DNA from: Isurus oxyrinchus
Taxonomy: Eukaryota
Direction of reading: 5' to 3'
NCBI GenBank assembly: GCA_026770705.1
Contig: JANJGN010000016.1
Span: 118,234,001-118,298,000 of the forward strand
Length of the DNA stretch: 64,000 nucleotides
The position numbers and the translations under genes are program-made. The notes beneath the pieces were generated by a model. That model saw nothing but the letters and a program-made list of their open reading frames with translations, made no database searches and was not told the DNA's origin. Shown here in pieces: positions 37,240 through 48,660 of this stretch. How positions within the stretch are numbered: position 1 is the stretch's first letter; each line of letters begins with the position of its first letter.

Positions 37240-39990
37240 AGAATCGTAGAATGATTACAGCACAGAAGTGTCTGCATTTGAGTACCTTTTAGCCCATCGA
37301 ATCTGTGCGGGCTCTCTGCAAGAGCTATTTAGCTGATCCCGTTGACCTGTCCTTCTCCCGGGCCTTTAGCCCTGCAATTTATTTTCCCTTCAGATGCTTA
37401 TCCAATATTCTTTTGAAAGCCACAGTTGCTATGGCCTCCACCACACTCCCAGGCAGTGCATTTCCGGTCCTAACCACATGCTGGGCAAAAACTTTTTTCT
37501 CATGTTACCTTTTGGTTTTTTTGCCAAATCTGCATAACTCTGGTTCTTGACCCTTCTGCCAATGGGAACAATTTCTCCCTATCTACTCTCATGATGCACC
37601 GTGGTTTTGAACATCTCTATTTAATCGCCTCTTCACCTTTTCTTCTCCCAGGAGAACAACCCCAGATTTTCCAACATAAAGTTAAAACAGAAAATGCAGG
37701 TCTGGCAGCATCTGTGGAGAGAGAGAGAAACACAGAGTTAACGTTTCAGGTCCAACATGGTTCTTCTTTGGAACTGGAGCTTTTTCCAGCATTTTCTGTT
37801 TTTTAATTTCAGATTTCCAGCAGCCGCAGTATTTTGTTTTGCCTTCCAGATTTTTCCGAACTTTCCAGGTAACCAAAGCCCCTCTTCCCTGGAACCTCAT
37901 GACGTTTTTCCTGCATCCACTCTAAAGCCTTCGCACCCTTCCTAAAAGTTGGTGCTAAGAATTGGACAAAATAGTCCAGTTGAGGCTGAACCACTGTTTT
38001 ATAAAGATTCATCATAACTTCCTTGTTCTGGTACCCTGTGCCTTTATTTATAAAGCCCATGTGCTTTTTAAACCGCTTTCTCAACCTGCCTTTCTGCCCT
38101 TCAACAACTTGTGCACATATATCACAGAATTGTTCCAGTGCAGAGGGAGGCCATTCAGCCCATCGTGTCTGTACTGGCTCTCCAAGTGTCATTCCCCTGC
38201 CTTCTCCCCATAACCCTGCACATTCCTTAATAACAGTCTAATTCCCTTTTGAATGCTTCAATTAAACCTGCTTCCACCACACTTTCAGGTAGTGCATTCC
38301 AGACCTTAACCATTCACTGCAATAAAACATTTTTTCTCATATCGCTTTTGCTTCTTTTGCCAATTACTTTAAATCTGTGCCCTTTTGTTCTCGATCCTTT
38401 CAGGAGAGGAAACCGTTTCTCCCTCCCTATCTACTCTGCCCAGAATCCTCATGATTTTGAAGAGCTCTATCAAATTTCCTCTCAGTCTTTTCTCCAAGGA
38501 AAACAGTCCCAACTTTTCCAATGCATCTTCATAGTTGTAGTTCCTCATCCCTGGAACCATTCTCGTGAATCTTTTCTGTACTTTCTCCAATGCCCACAGG
38601 TGTATTCCTGCACCTACTTTAGAATTGTGCCCTTTAGTTCCTATTATCTCTCCTTGGTCTTGCTACCAAAACACATCTTTTCTCATTTCTCCATGTTAAA
38701 TTCCATTTGCCACCTGCCTGCCCATTTCACTAGCCTGTCCACATCCTCCTGGAGTCCATCACTCTCCTCCTCACAGTTCACAATATTCCAAGTTTTGTGT
38801 CATCTCCAGTTTCGCTTTGCGCCCTGTACACCCAATTCAAAGTCATTAATATATAACAACAGAGCAATGATCCTACTGTATATGTCCCTTCAACCTGAAA
38901 AGCTATTCACGGCTACTCCCTGTACTCTGTTTCCTGTCACTCATTCAATTTTGTACCCATGCTCCCATTGTCTCTTTTATTCCATGGGCTTCAATTTTGT
39001 TGACAAATCTATTACATGGCACTTTAACAAAAACCTTTTGGAAGTCCACCACACCACATCAACTCATTTCCCTGATCAACCCTCTGTTACCTCAATCAAA
39101 AAGTTCAATCAAGTTAAACACAATTTGCCTTTAACAAATCCATGCTGGTTCTCCTTAATTAATCCACACTTGTCCAAGCGATTTTAATTTTGTCCCAGAT
39201 TATTGTTTCTAAAAGGTTTCACACCGCTGAGGTTAAAATGACTACTGTGCAGTTGCTGAGTTTATCCTCACACCCTTTCTTGAACAAGGATACAGCATTT
39301 GCAATTCTTTAGTCCCCTAGCATTCGTCCCCGTACCTAAGGATCTAGAGAGGTTGGAAGCTTATGGCTAGTAACGCCACAATTTCCACCTTACTATCCTT
39401 GGATGCATCCCATTCAGAAGAGGTGACTTAACAACTTTTAAGAACAGCCAGCCTTTCTATTACTCCCTCTATCAATTTTTTAGCCCATCTAGCATCTCAA
39501 CTACCTCCTCATTCACTATGACTTCAGCAGCATCTTCTTCCTTGTAAAGACAGATACAAAATACTCATTTAGTACCTCAGTCAAACCTGCTGCCTCCATG
39601 TTCAAATCCCCTTTTTGGTCCCTAATCAGTCCCAACACTCCTCACACTTAACGTTTATTATTTATATGGAAGAGTATTGTATTACCTTTCATGCTATCTG
39701 CCAGTCTCTTTTCACACTGTCTCTTTGTCTCTCTTATTTTCTTCTTCACGTCTGAATTTTCTGTATTCAGCCCACTCTCACTTCTATAATTAACCTGACT
39801 TTGGTCATTGTGTTTCTGTTTCATCTTACTCCCTATCTCTTTCATCATCCAGGGAGCTCTGCCTTTGGTTGCTCTCCCTTTCTCCCTTGTGGGTATGCAC
39901 CTCGACTAGACTTGAACTGTCTTTTCTTTAAAGGCAGCCTATTGTTCCGTCAGCTTTCCCTATCAATCTTTGATTGCAAGTTATCCACTG
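37240..39990 (-). mobile_element. Nested CR1 LINE fragments in the last KCNT2 intron, with a small Penelope-derived insert at ~37677-37841
   Basis: ORF 38369-38590 EKVQKRFTRMVPGMRNYNYEDALEKLGLFSLEKRLRGNLIE. The + strand shows atccatgctgg (QHGF antisense) at 39138. Two CR1 3' ends are present. Confidence 0.8.
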
Positions 39991-40684
39991 AAATTGGCCA
40001 CTACTAATGTGGAAGTCTGGTGAAATAGCCAAGGAAATTCACCTGCTTTACCATTACTGGAATATGAGTTCAGTTTAAAATGCTGACATTCATGGAGCAG
40101 TTTTTAATCCAGTAATTAAAGCAATGAATTACAGGATTTTTTTTGAAAATGGTCTTTTGAAATGCTAGCATTTTAGAATTGAATTATTCAGACTTTGAGA
40201 AATGATTGCAAACTGACTTGAACAAATTTATTAGGAATTTTTATGGGTCTTTTCAGAATGGGTCTCTTCAGAAAGAGCTTATCCTAAAAGCTAAACATGA
40301 TATAACTATATTAATACTTTTATTAGAAAGAAAGGAATTAAAAAGTCAGCCATGTCCTCTTGTTACTATACATTACCTTGTTCCATAAAACATGGTATTA
40401 CAAAGTTTTGATTGATTTTAGTCTAGATCAAATAAAAGATCTCAATTATATTGTTTAATATAATTCAGCATCATGAACAAGGAGGTGTGCATTATTAATC
40501 AATGCTAAACTTAATTTGTGCATGAATAGTAAATGTTAAAGTAATCTTCAATTTCTACATGATATAAGGCATTAGCAGCTTGAATTTTATAGCTTTTCTC
40601 TTGTTTGAGTATTTTCCTCGATCTGTCCTTTTTATTCCGTGCCTCTTTCTCAATTAATTTTATCATTTTCTTTTGTGCCTTCAG

Positions 40685-40802
40685 CTACCTGATCCGCCCT
40701 GATCCGTTGGCTTATGTCCCAAACAGTAAACCCAGTCTCAAGATCAGTGTCTGTAACAATAGTGGGGGTGGACAGGACACCAAGGATGACACCCAGCTTT
40801 AA
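40685..40802 (+). CDS. KCNT2: KCNT2 last coding exon, ending in a class I PDZ-binding-like motif (DTQL*)
   Basis: ttttcttttgtgccttcag acceptor, then C TAC CTG ATC CGC... = (V)[38 protein letters not shown]. Matches the recalled KCNT2 C-terminus [18 protein letters not shown]...ETQL better than KCNT1 (YLIRSDPLAHV). The phase-2 junction GT|C fits the upstream exon. Confidence 0.93.
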
Positions 40803-42260
40803 TTAATCGCTCGATGCTCTGTAGAAAACGCCTCAACAAAAGTTTCCACAAAAAAGTATTACGGCTTTCGGCATTACATTAAAAAAACTGGCTGAGAAAC
40901 ATGTTTGTTTCTTATGGTTGTGATAGGAAATTGTTGGAAACACTGTAGCTTTGACTAAATCAAGCAAACAACGTACGGCATCATGCAGAGCCGATCAATC
41001 TGACTCACCGATGAAGTCACAGAACGATTGAAGTTAGCTTGGAGCTTTCCGTCAGTACCTAGCCTGTTATCGTATCTTTATGATCCTGTTTCTTAAAATG
41101 TCATTATTAATTTTGCAAATGAACATAATAGAGAGGAAATGCATTGAAATGACTTCCACTTACAGCTATCCATCTGTTGCAGTTTTATTATAGTCTAACA
41201 GCTAATTAGTCCTCAATTAATGTACACTGGGAATATAATTCCGTTAATGGGGTGGGGGGGGTGGTGGTGGGGAAAGAGAGAGGTGGTTTACTGGAAGTCA
41301 ATTAAGTATTAACATTCTTTTGTACTCAACAGGTTAATTTATAAATAATTCCACAGATATAAGTCAATTAAAATATAATTGAAAGATACAGGTTTCTGTA
41401 TTTTGGCCTGTTTTACATGTACCAAAACAGTTGTTATTTGATTGATCAAATTGCAAAAAAGACATCATTTTAGACCAGTGAACATCTGGTCAAAACTCCG
41501 CAGTGGGCTTCAGATGGGCAGATTGGAATTTTTATGCCCCTTCTCCAACCTCCCCTTCCCCTTTTGCCTGTTCCTTGAATCTATGCCCATTACACAAGCT
41601 CAAGGTCTATTTGCAGCACCGCTGGGAGGGGTAGGATAGAAGGTTGCAAAAAGCACTATTGGACCTTGCCAAAATATAACTGGGCCCACAATCCTTTAGT
41701 AACATAGGAAAAAAAAAAGTGTTTTGAAGCTTCTGGAAGGTTGAATACCAGTTTTTGCAATCCCAGCCCGTCACTTTTGCCTTTGCTAAAATTAACCTTT
41801 TGTTACCTAAATATCCACTCCCTCCCCCCGACCATTACTGACTCTGACACTGAGGGCACACAGACCTACGTACTGTCACTAATTCTGGAAACATTTTGGA
41901 GTAGACGTGGTGGGGACTCAGCACAATAAGTTCCAGTTGCATTTTGCACTATCAACCACCCAAATTGCGTTGATTTCTCTGGGCAGATTTGAATATTGTT
42001 TTCTTGATTGGATATTGTTAGAATATGGCCCACTCATTTTTTTTTTTAAAGAGGACACTCCCTTGTAGTTAAGCAACTAACAACGATGAGGTGATAACAA
42101 AACCAGCTTCATCGCCTTGAACCTATAGAGGGTAATCTAGGCTAACTAAAATGAAATATTAGGTGTTCGCAAGATAGCCCTTTTTAATATTTGAGAGAGA
42201 AGTATCCTTAATCATGTTTTCTATTAAATAAATATAAAATATATGATAGTAACTTAAGAA
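40803..42260 (+). other. KCNT2: Probable KCNT2 3' UTR; first AATAAA found at 42227-42232
   Basis: Repeat-poor sequence after the stop codon. AATAAA at 42227, with a weaker ATTAAA near 40878. The transcript end is inferred only. Confidence 0.45.
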
Positions 42261-42824
42261 AAAGAAAAGCAGATAAAATATAATATAAACTATGGTATAA
42301 ATATTAAAAAAGGAAAACTATTAAAACAGTTTTCTACAGCTTATATGGTTGATTGAGTAAAAGACATCAGACTATATGGTACTGAGTCATAGAGGTCAAA
42401 ACATCCCAGGTGACATTCCTGACAGAAAAACTGTTATAACTTTCTCATACCTTTGTGCATAAACAGTATGGTACAATACTGAACCAGTCAGACCTGCAAA
42501 TCCTGTGTTAGTAGTGCATTAACTGATCTCAGCAAACACACTCATTTCAATAGTTAATTAACTGTACTGGTCCTAGATCACAGAGGGCAAATTAGCTAGG
42601 ATGTGTCTGCTGATGAATTGTCCGGTAATCCACTTGGAAAGCACCATCACTTGTATCCCAGCTGGAAACAGAATTGGATTTGGATGTGATGTTCTCATTA
42701 GTTGAATAACCTATTGATTATAGAGATAAAAACAAAAAAAACTGCGGATGCTGGAAATTCAAAACAAAAACAGAATTACCTGGAAAAACTCAGCAGGTCT
42801 GGCAGCATCAATGGAGAAGAAAAG

Positions 42825-42863
42825 AGTTGACGTTTCGAGTCCTCATGACCCTTCAACAGAACT
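42825..42863 (-). ncRNA. Minimal type I hammerhead ribozyme-like motif in the PLE terminal repeat (variant core CUGUUGA)
   Basis: agtt-CTGTTGA-A-GGGTC atgag GACTC-GAAA-CG-TC-aact: helix I agtt/aact, 5-bp helix II, loop-less palindromic ACGU helix III, GUC cleavage triplet. Confidence 0.7.
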
Positions 42864-43224
42864 GAGTGAATATTAGGAGAGGGGGGGAAATATAAGCTGG
42901 TTTAAGGTGAGGGGGGTGGGGGGGGTGGTGGGTGGGGGGTAGGGACAAGCAAGCAGTGATAGGAGCAGATAATCAAAAGATGTCACAGACAGAAGAATAA
43001 AGAGGTGTTGAAGGTGGTGATATTATCTAAATGAATGTGCTAATTAAGAGTGGATGACAAGGTACAGTTCTAGTGTGGTGGGGTGGAAAGGCTAACAGGG
43101 CATAAAAGATATAGATTTAAAAATAATGGAAAAATAGGTGGGAAAAGAAAAATCTATATAATTTATTGGAAAAAACAAAAGGAAGGGGGAAACAGAAAGG
43201 GGGTGGGGATGGAGGAGGGAGCTC

Positions 43225-45505
43225 AAGACCTAAAGTTGTTGAATTCAATATTCAGTCCGGAAGGCTGTAAAGTGCCTAGTTGGAAGATAAGGTGTTGTTC
43301 CTCCAGTTTGCGTTGGGCTTCACTGGAAAATGCAGCAAGCCAAGGACAGACATGTGGGCAAGAGAGCAGGGTGGAGTGTTAAAATGGCAAGCGACAGGGA
43401 GGTTTGGGTCATTCTTGCGGTCAGACCGCAGGTGTTCTGCAAAGCGGTCGCCCAGTTTACGTTTGGTCTCTCCAATGTAGAGGAGACTACATTGGGAGCA
43501 ATGAATGCAGTAGACTAAGTTGGGGGAAATGCAATTGAAATGCTGCTTCACTTGAAAGGAGTGTTTGGGCCCTTGGACGGTGAGGAGAGAGGAAGTGAAG
43601 GGGCAGGTGTTGCATCATTTGCGTGGGCATGGGGTGGTGCCATAGGTGGGAGTTGAGGAGTAGGGAGTGATGGAGGAGTGGACCAGGGTGTCCTGGAGGG
43701 AAAGATCCTTACGGAATGCCACCAGGGGGGGTGAAGGGAAGATGAGTTTGGTGGTGGCATCACGCTGGAGTTGGCGGAAATGGCAGAGGATGATCCTTTC
43801 AGTGCGGAGGCTGGTGGGGTGATAAGTGAGGACAAGGGGGACCCTATCATGTTTCTGGGAGGGAGGAGAAGGCGTGAGGGCGGATGTACAGGAGATGGGC
43901 CAGACATGATTGAGGACCCTGTCAACGACCATGGGTGGAAAACCTTGGTTAAGGAAGGAGGAGGACATGTTAGAGGAACCGTTTTTGAAGGTAGCAACAT
44001 CAGAACAGATGCGACGGAGGCGAAGGAACTGGGAGAATGGGATGGAGTCCTTACAGAATGCAGGGTGTGAGAAGCTGTAGTTGTGGGAGTCGGTAGGCTT
44101 GTAATGGATATTGGTGGATAGTCTATCACCAGAGATTGAGACAGAGAGGTCAAGGAAGGGGAGGAAAGTGTCAGAGATGGACCATGTGAAAATGATGGAG
44201 GGGTGGAGATTGGAAGCAAAATTAATAAATTTTTCCAGGTCCCGACGAGAGCATGAAGCAGCACCGAAGTAATCATCGATGTACCGGAGAAAGATTTGTG
44301 GAAGGGGGCCGGAGTAGGACTGGAACAAGGAATGTTCCACATACCCCATAAAGAGACAGGCATAGCTGGGGCCCATGCGGGTACCCATAGCCACACCTTT
44401 TATTTGGAGGAAGTGAGAGGAGTTGAAGGACAAATTGTTCAACGTGAGAACAAGTTCAGCCAGACGGAGGAGAGTAGTGGTGGATGGATTGTTCGGGCCT
44501 CTGTTTGAGGAAGAAGCTAAGGGCCCTCAGACCATCCTGCTGGGGGCTGGAGATGTAGAGGGATTGGATGTCCATGGTGAAGAGGAAGTGGTTGGGACCA
44601 GGGAACTGGAAATTGTTGATGTGACGTAAGGTGTCAGAGGAATCATGGATGTAGGTGGGAAGGGACTGGACAAGGGGAGAGAGAAGGGAGTCAAGATAAT
44701 GAGAAATGAGTTCCCTGGGGCAGGAACAGGCTGACACGATCGGTCTACCGAGACAGTTTTGTTTGTGGATTTTGGGTAGGAGGTAGAAGCGGGCCGTCCG
44801 AGGTTGGGCGACTATCAGGTTGGAAGCTGTGGGAGGAAGATCTCCAGAGGAGATGAGGTCAGTTACAGTCCTGGAAACAATGGCTTGATGTTCAGTGGTG
44901 GGATCATGGTCCAGGGAGAGGTAGGAGGAAGTGTCTGCGAGTTGACGCTCAGCCTCCGTGAGGTGGTGGTCAGTGCGCCAGACCACAACAGCACCACCCT
45001 TGTCAGCAGGTTTGATGACAATGTTGGAGTTGGACCTGAGAAAACGGAGTGCAGTAAGTTCAGAGAGACAGAGAGAGAGAGAGATTAGAATGGGTGAGAG
45101 GAGCAGAGAAATTGAGATGACTAATGTCGCGCCGACAGTTCTCAATGAAAAGATCCAGAGAAGGTAAGAATCCAGAGGGAGGGGTCCAGGTGGAGGGAGA
45201 ATATTGGAGGTGGGTGAAAGGATCTGTTGAACGGGGAGAGGACCCCTGCCCAAAGAAGTGATGAAGGCAGCGGAAGAAGAGTTCAGCATCATGCAGAGCC
45301 CAAAATTCATTGAGATGAGGGCGTAAGAGTATGAAACTAAGTCCTTTGCTGAGCACTGAACGTTCAGCATCGGAGAGGGGAAGGTCAGGGGGTATAGTGA
45401 ATACACGGCTGGGGCTGGGGTTGGAAGATGGGGTGGGGACGGAGGGACAGGCAGGGGTGGAGGGACCTAGATGGGTGTTGGTGTCGATGAGTTGTTGGAG
45501 CTTGC
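43225..45505 (-). pseudogene. PLE reverse transcriptase plus GIY-YIG endonuclease ORF, 5'-truncated and frameshifted
   Basis: Split across track ORFs 45060-45548, 44456-45406, 43615-44442 and 43276-43551. Confidence 0.9.
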
Positions 45506-45509
45506 ATTC

Positions 45510-46630
45510 CATTCCTTGTTCCAGTCCTACTCCGGCCCCCTTCCACAACTCTTTCTCCGGTACATCGATGATTACTTCGGTGCTGCTTCATGCTCTCGTC
45601 GGTACCTGGAAAAATTTATTAATTTTGCTTCCAATCTCCACCCCTCCATCATTTTCATGTGGTCCATCTCTGACACTTCCCTCCCCTTTCTTGACCTCTC
45701 TGTCTCAATCTCTGGTGATAGACTGTCCACCAATATCCATTACAAACCCACCGACTCCCACAGCTACCTCGACTACAGCTCCTCACACCCCGCTTCCTGT
45801 AAGGACTCCATCCCATTCTCTCAGTTCCTTCGCCTCCGTCGCATCTGTTCTGATGATGCTACCTTCAAAAACAGTTCCTCTGACATGTCCTCCTCCTTCC
45901 TTAACCGAGGTTTTCCACCCATGATCGTTGACAGGGCCCTCAATCATGTCCGGCCCATCTCCCGCGCATCCGCCCTCATGCCTTCTCCTCCCTCCCAGAA
46001 ACATGATAGGGTCCCCCTTGTCCTCACTTATCACCCCACCAGCCTCCGCACTGAAAGGATCATCCTCCGCCATTTCTGCCAACTCCAGCATGATGCCACC
46101 ACCAAACGCATCTTCCCTTCACCCCCCCTGGCGGCATTCCGTAGGGATCATTCCCTCCAGGACACCCTGGTCCACTCCTCCATCACCCCCTACTCCTCAA
46201 CCCCCACCTATGGCATCTCCCCATGCCCACGCAAAAGATGCAACACCTGCCCCTTCACTTCCTCTCTCCTCACCGTCCAAGGGCCCAAACACTCCTTTCA
46301 AGTGAAGCAGCATTTCACTTGCATTTCCCCCAACTTAGTCTACTGCATTTGTTGCTCCCAATGTGGTCTCCTCTACATTGGAGAGACCAAACGTAAACTG
46401 GGTGACTGTTTTGCAGAACACCTGCGGTCTGTCCGCAAGAAAGACCCAAACCTCCCTGTCGCTTGCCATTTTAACACTCCACCCTGCTCTCTTGCCCACA
46501 TGTCTGTCCTTGGCTTGCTGCATTTTCCAGTGAAGCTCAACGCAAACTGGAGGAACAGCACCTCATCTTCTGACTAGGCACTTTACAGCCTTCTGGACTG
46601 AATATTGAATTCAATAACTTTAGATCTTGA
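45510..46630 (+). pseudogene. Inverted second copy of the PLE ORF 3' half (RT C-terminus, thumb, GIY-YIG), open for ~340 codons and then frameshifted
   Basis: Track ORF 45471-46577. The canonical end SEAQRKLEEQHLIF.LGTLQPSGLNIEFNNFRS* lies in another frame after cattttccag at ~46521. Confidence 0.9.
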
Positions 46631-46993
46631 ACTCCCTCCTCCATCCCCACCCACTTTCCGTTTCTTCCTCCTTCCTTTTGTTTTTTCCAATAATTTATAT
46701 AGTTTTTTCTTTTCCCACCTATTTCCATTATTTTTAAATCTTTTATGCACTGTTAGCCTTTCCACCCCACCCCCACTAGAGCTATACCTTGAGTGTCCTG
46801 CCATCCATTCTTAATTAGCACATTCGTTTAGATAATATCACCACCTTCAACACCTCTTGGTCTTCTGTCTGTGACATCTTTTGATTATCTGCTCCTATCA
46901 CTGCTTGCTTGTCCCTACAACCACCCCCCCTCCCCCCCACCCCCGCGCCACCTTAAAACAGCTTATATTTCACCCCTCTCCTAATATTCTCTC

Positions 46994-47032
46994 AGTCCTG
47001 TTGAAGGGTCATGAGGACTCGAAACGTCAACT
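46994..47032 (+). ncRNA. Minimal type I hammerhead ribozyme-like motif in the inverted PLE terminal repeat (variant core CUGUUGA)
   Basis: agtcCTGTTGAAGGGTCatgagGACTCGAAACGTCaact. Confidence 0.7.
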
Positions 47033-48364
47033 CTTCTTCTCCGCCGATGCTGCCAGACCTGCTGAGTTTTTCCAGGTAATTCTGTTTTTGTAATCTATTG
47101 ATCATTCATGTTTAAGCTCATTCATGACGGATGGTCACGTAGATAAGGAAAAATAGGACTGCTGTTAACCCTGGAACCTTACCCAAGAAAAGGGTGGATT
47201 ATTTTAGAACAAATTCTTGTTCTTTTTAAATCCATTTCAATAGATGTGGTATAGAATGCACTCTATCGGATTGGACAGAATTGGAAAGTGCTGATTTAAG
47301 ATGCACAATATTGTTTACTGGTTTTTCCTGAATATTAACTGTTGTGTGCAGCTTCCAAGATCTACGTATTTTCCACAAATGATCTTTGAAAAAATCCTAA
47401 TGGCATCCTGACAGAATATTCCAGGAATGGCAGGATAGTATATTGTACAATCATCAGCAAAACTGCTCAGGAAGAGGGGGAAGATTTACTTATTTTCCAC
47501 AAATCCATAAGCAGACAATGTGATGACATGAATTGTAAAGGAAGATTTGCCACTTCCACGCAAAGACGTCACACGTTGGCAATGTAATCTAAAAAAGGAA
47601 AGCAGTGGTAAGCTTGCTCATCCTTGAAAACCGCAGGATGGGAGTTCAGTCGGAATTTACAGATGAGTAATGCCAAAGCTTTGATATAGGGATTGAATAA
47701 TGAGATGAACTAAAATCAGGGATGTTCAGGAGTTTCACATGTTTGTCTTCAATGTGGTTGGGTGCCAGGATGAAGGGCAATGGGAATGATGGAGAAAATT
47801 CACTTGTGTAGCACCATTTTCAGTGGGTATGGGCAGCATTTCGGGTCTAAAATGGCATCCGCAGTGTGAAATTTTTGTAAGGGCATAATTGCAGGAATGA
47901 GGAGTACATGCTGAAGTATGCAGATTAGGCAGTTTGTCATGCTAATCTGCATGTAATGATGATTTGAAGTCAGCAGAGCTATTTCCAACCCGAATGCACC
48001 AACTATTAACCCTCTCTTAACCTGGCAAACTGAATATGTATTCAGCAATAGGGCCCATTTTGCATTCAAATGCATTCAAAGCATTCAGTAACATCATTTG
48101 ACATTATAAGGTATAATTTGGAACAAGTTTTTATAGCAGAAATAGTCATCATTTGCCATCAAAAGTGCTCGTGTCACATTTTAACATCATCTTGATTCCT
48201 TTTGATCACTCCTGATTACTTCAGGAGTTATCAAAGTACTCAGAAGCATTCAAAAAGCAATCACAGCTTTGGTAAATTTGGGAAAGCAATAATTAGCTTT
48301 CAGAGGTGAGCATTAGTGTTCAAAGTGCTTTCAAAGACATTTACTTGCACTCCAAAAGCATTGC

Positions 48365-48660
48365 TTAGCCCTGCAGCCTCTCTCCACTTTTGCAGTCCCC
48401 TCCCCAATTTGCAGCCCTTCTCCTCCGTAGGAGCCCCTTCTCCAGTCCTCCCTCCCGTTTGCAGCTCCCTTCTCCCTTTTGCAGCCCCTTCCGCTTGGCC
48501 TCGTTTCCCACCCATCTTTGCCTCCCCCCCGACCTCGCTTCCCCTCCAATCTTATCTCCCCCACTCCCAGCTTCACCTCCTAGCACCCCACCCCAAACCC
48601 GGCAGCCTGTCTCACCACCGTTGCTCCAGTCCTCTGGCTTCACTCTTTCACCCACTGGTC
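48365..48660. repeat. Degenerate C/T-rich minisatellite-like tract
   Basis: Recurrent tttgcagc(c/t)cct(t) units at roughly 20-bp spacing. Confidence 0.5.

Larger units (their letters stand above)
42722..47090. mobile_element. Neptune-like Penelope retroelement in fold-back configuration: - strand copy 42722-45505, inverted + strand copy 45510-47090
   Basis: RT motifs IKPADKGGAVV, LPKIHK, GVAMGTRMGPSYA, RYIDD; linker CPRKRCNTC; GIY-YIG NLVYCICCSQCGLLYIGETKR. Inverted arms 42765-44334 / 45510-47090. TSD taacctattgattat (42707-42721) vs taatctattgatcat (47091-47105). Confidence 0.95.

Noticed and set aside
38249-39187. 312-aa + strand ORF
   Set aside because: Antisense to CR1 ORF2 remnants, with no independent protein signature.
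41248-41287. G-rich tract with G-quadruplex potential in the presumed 3' UTR
   Set aside because: Similar poly-G runs occur throughout the window, and nothing supports a function.
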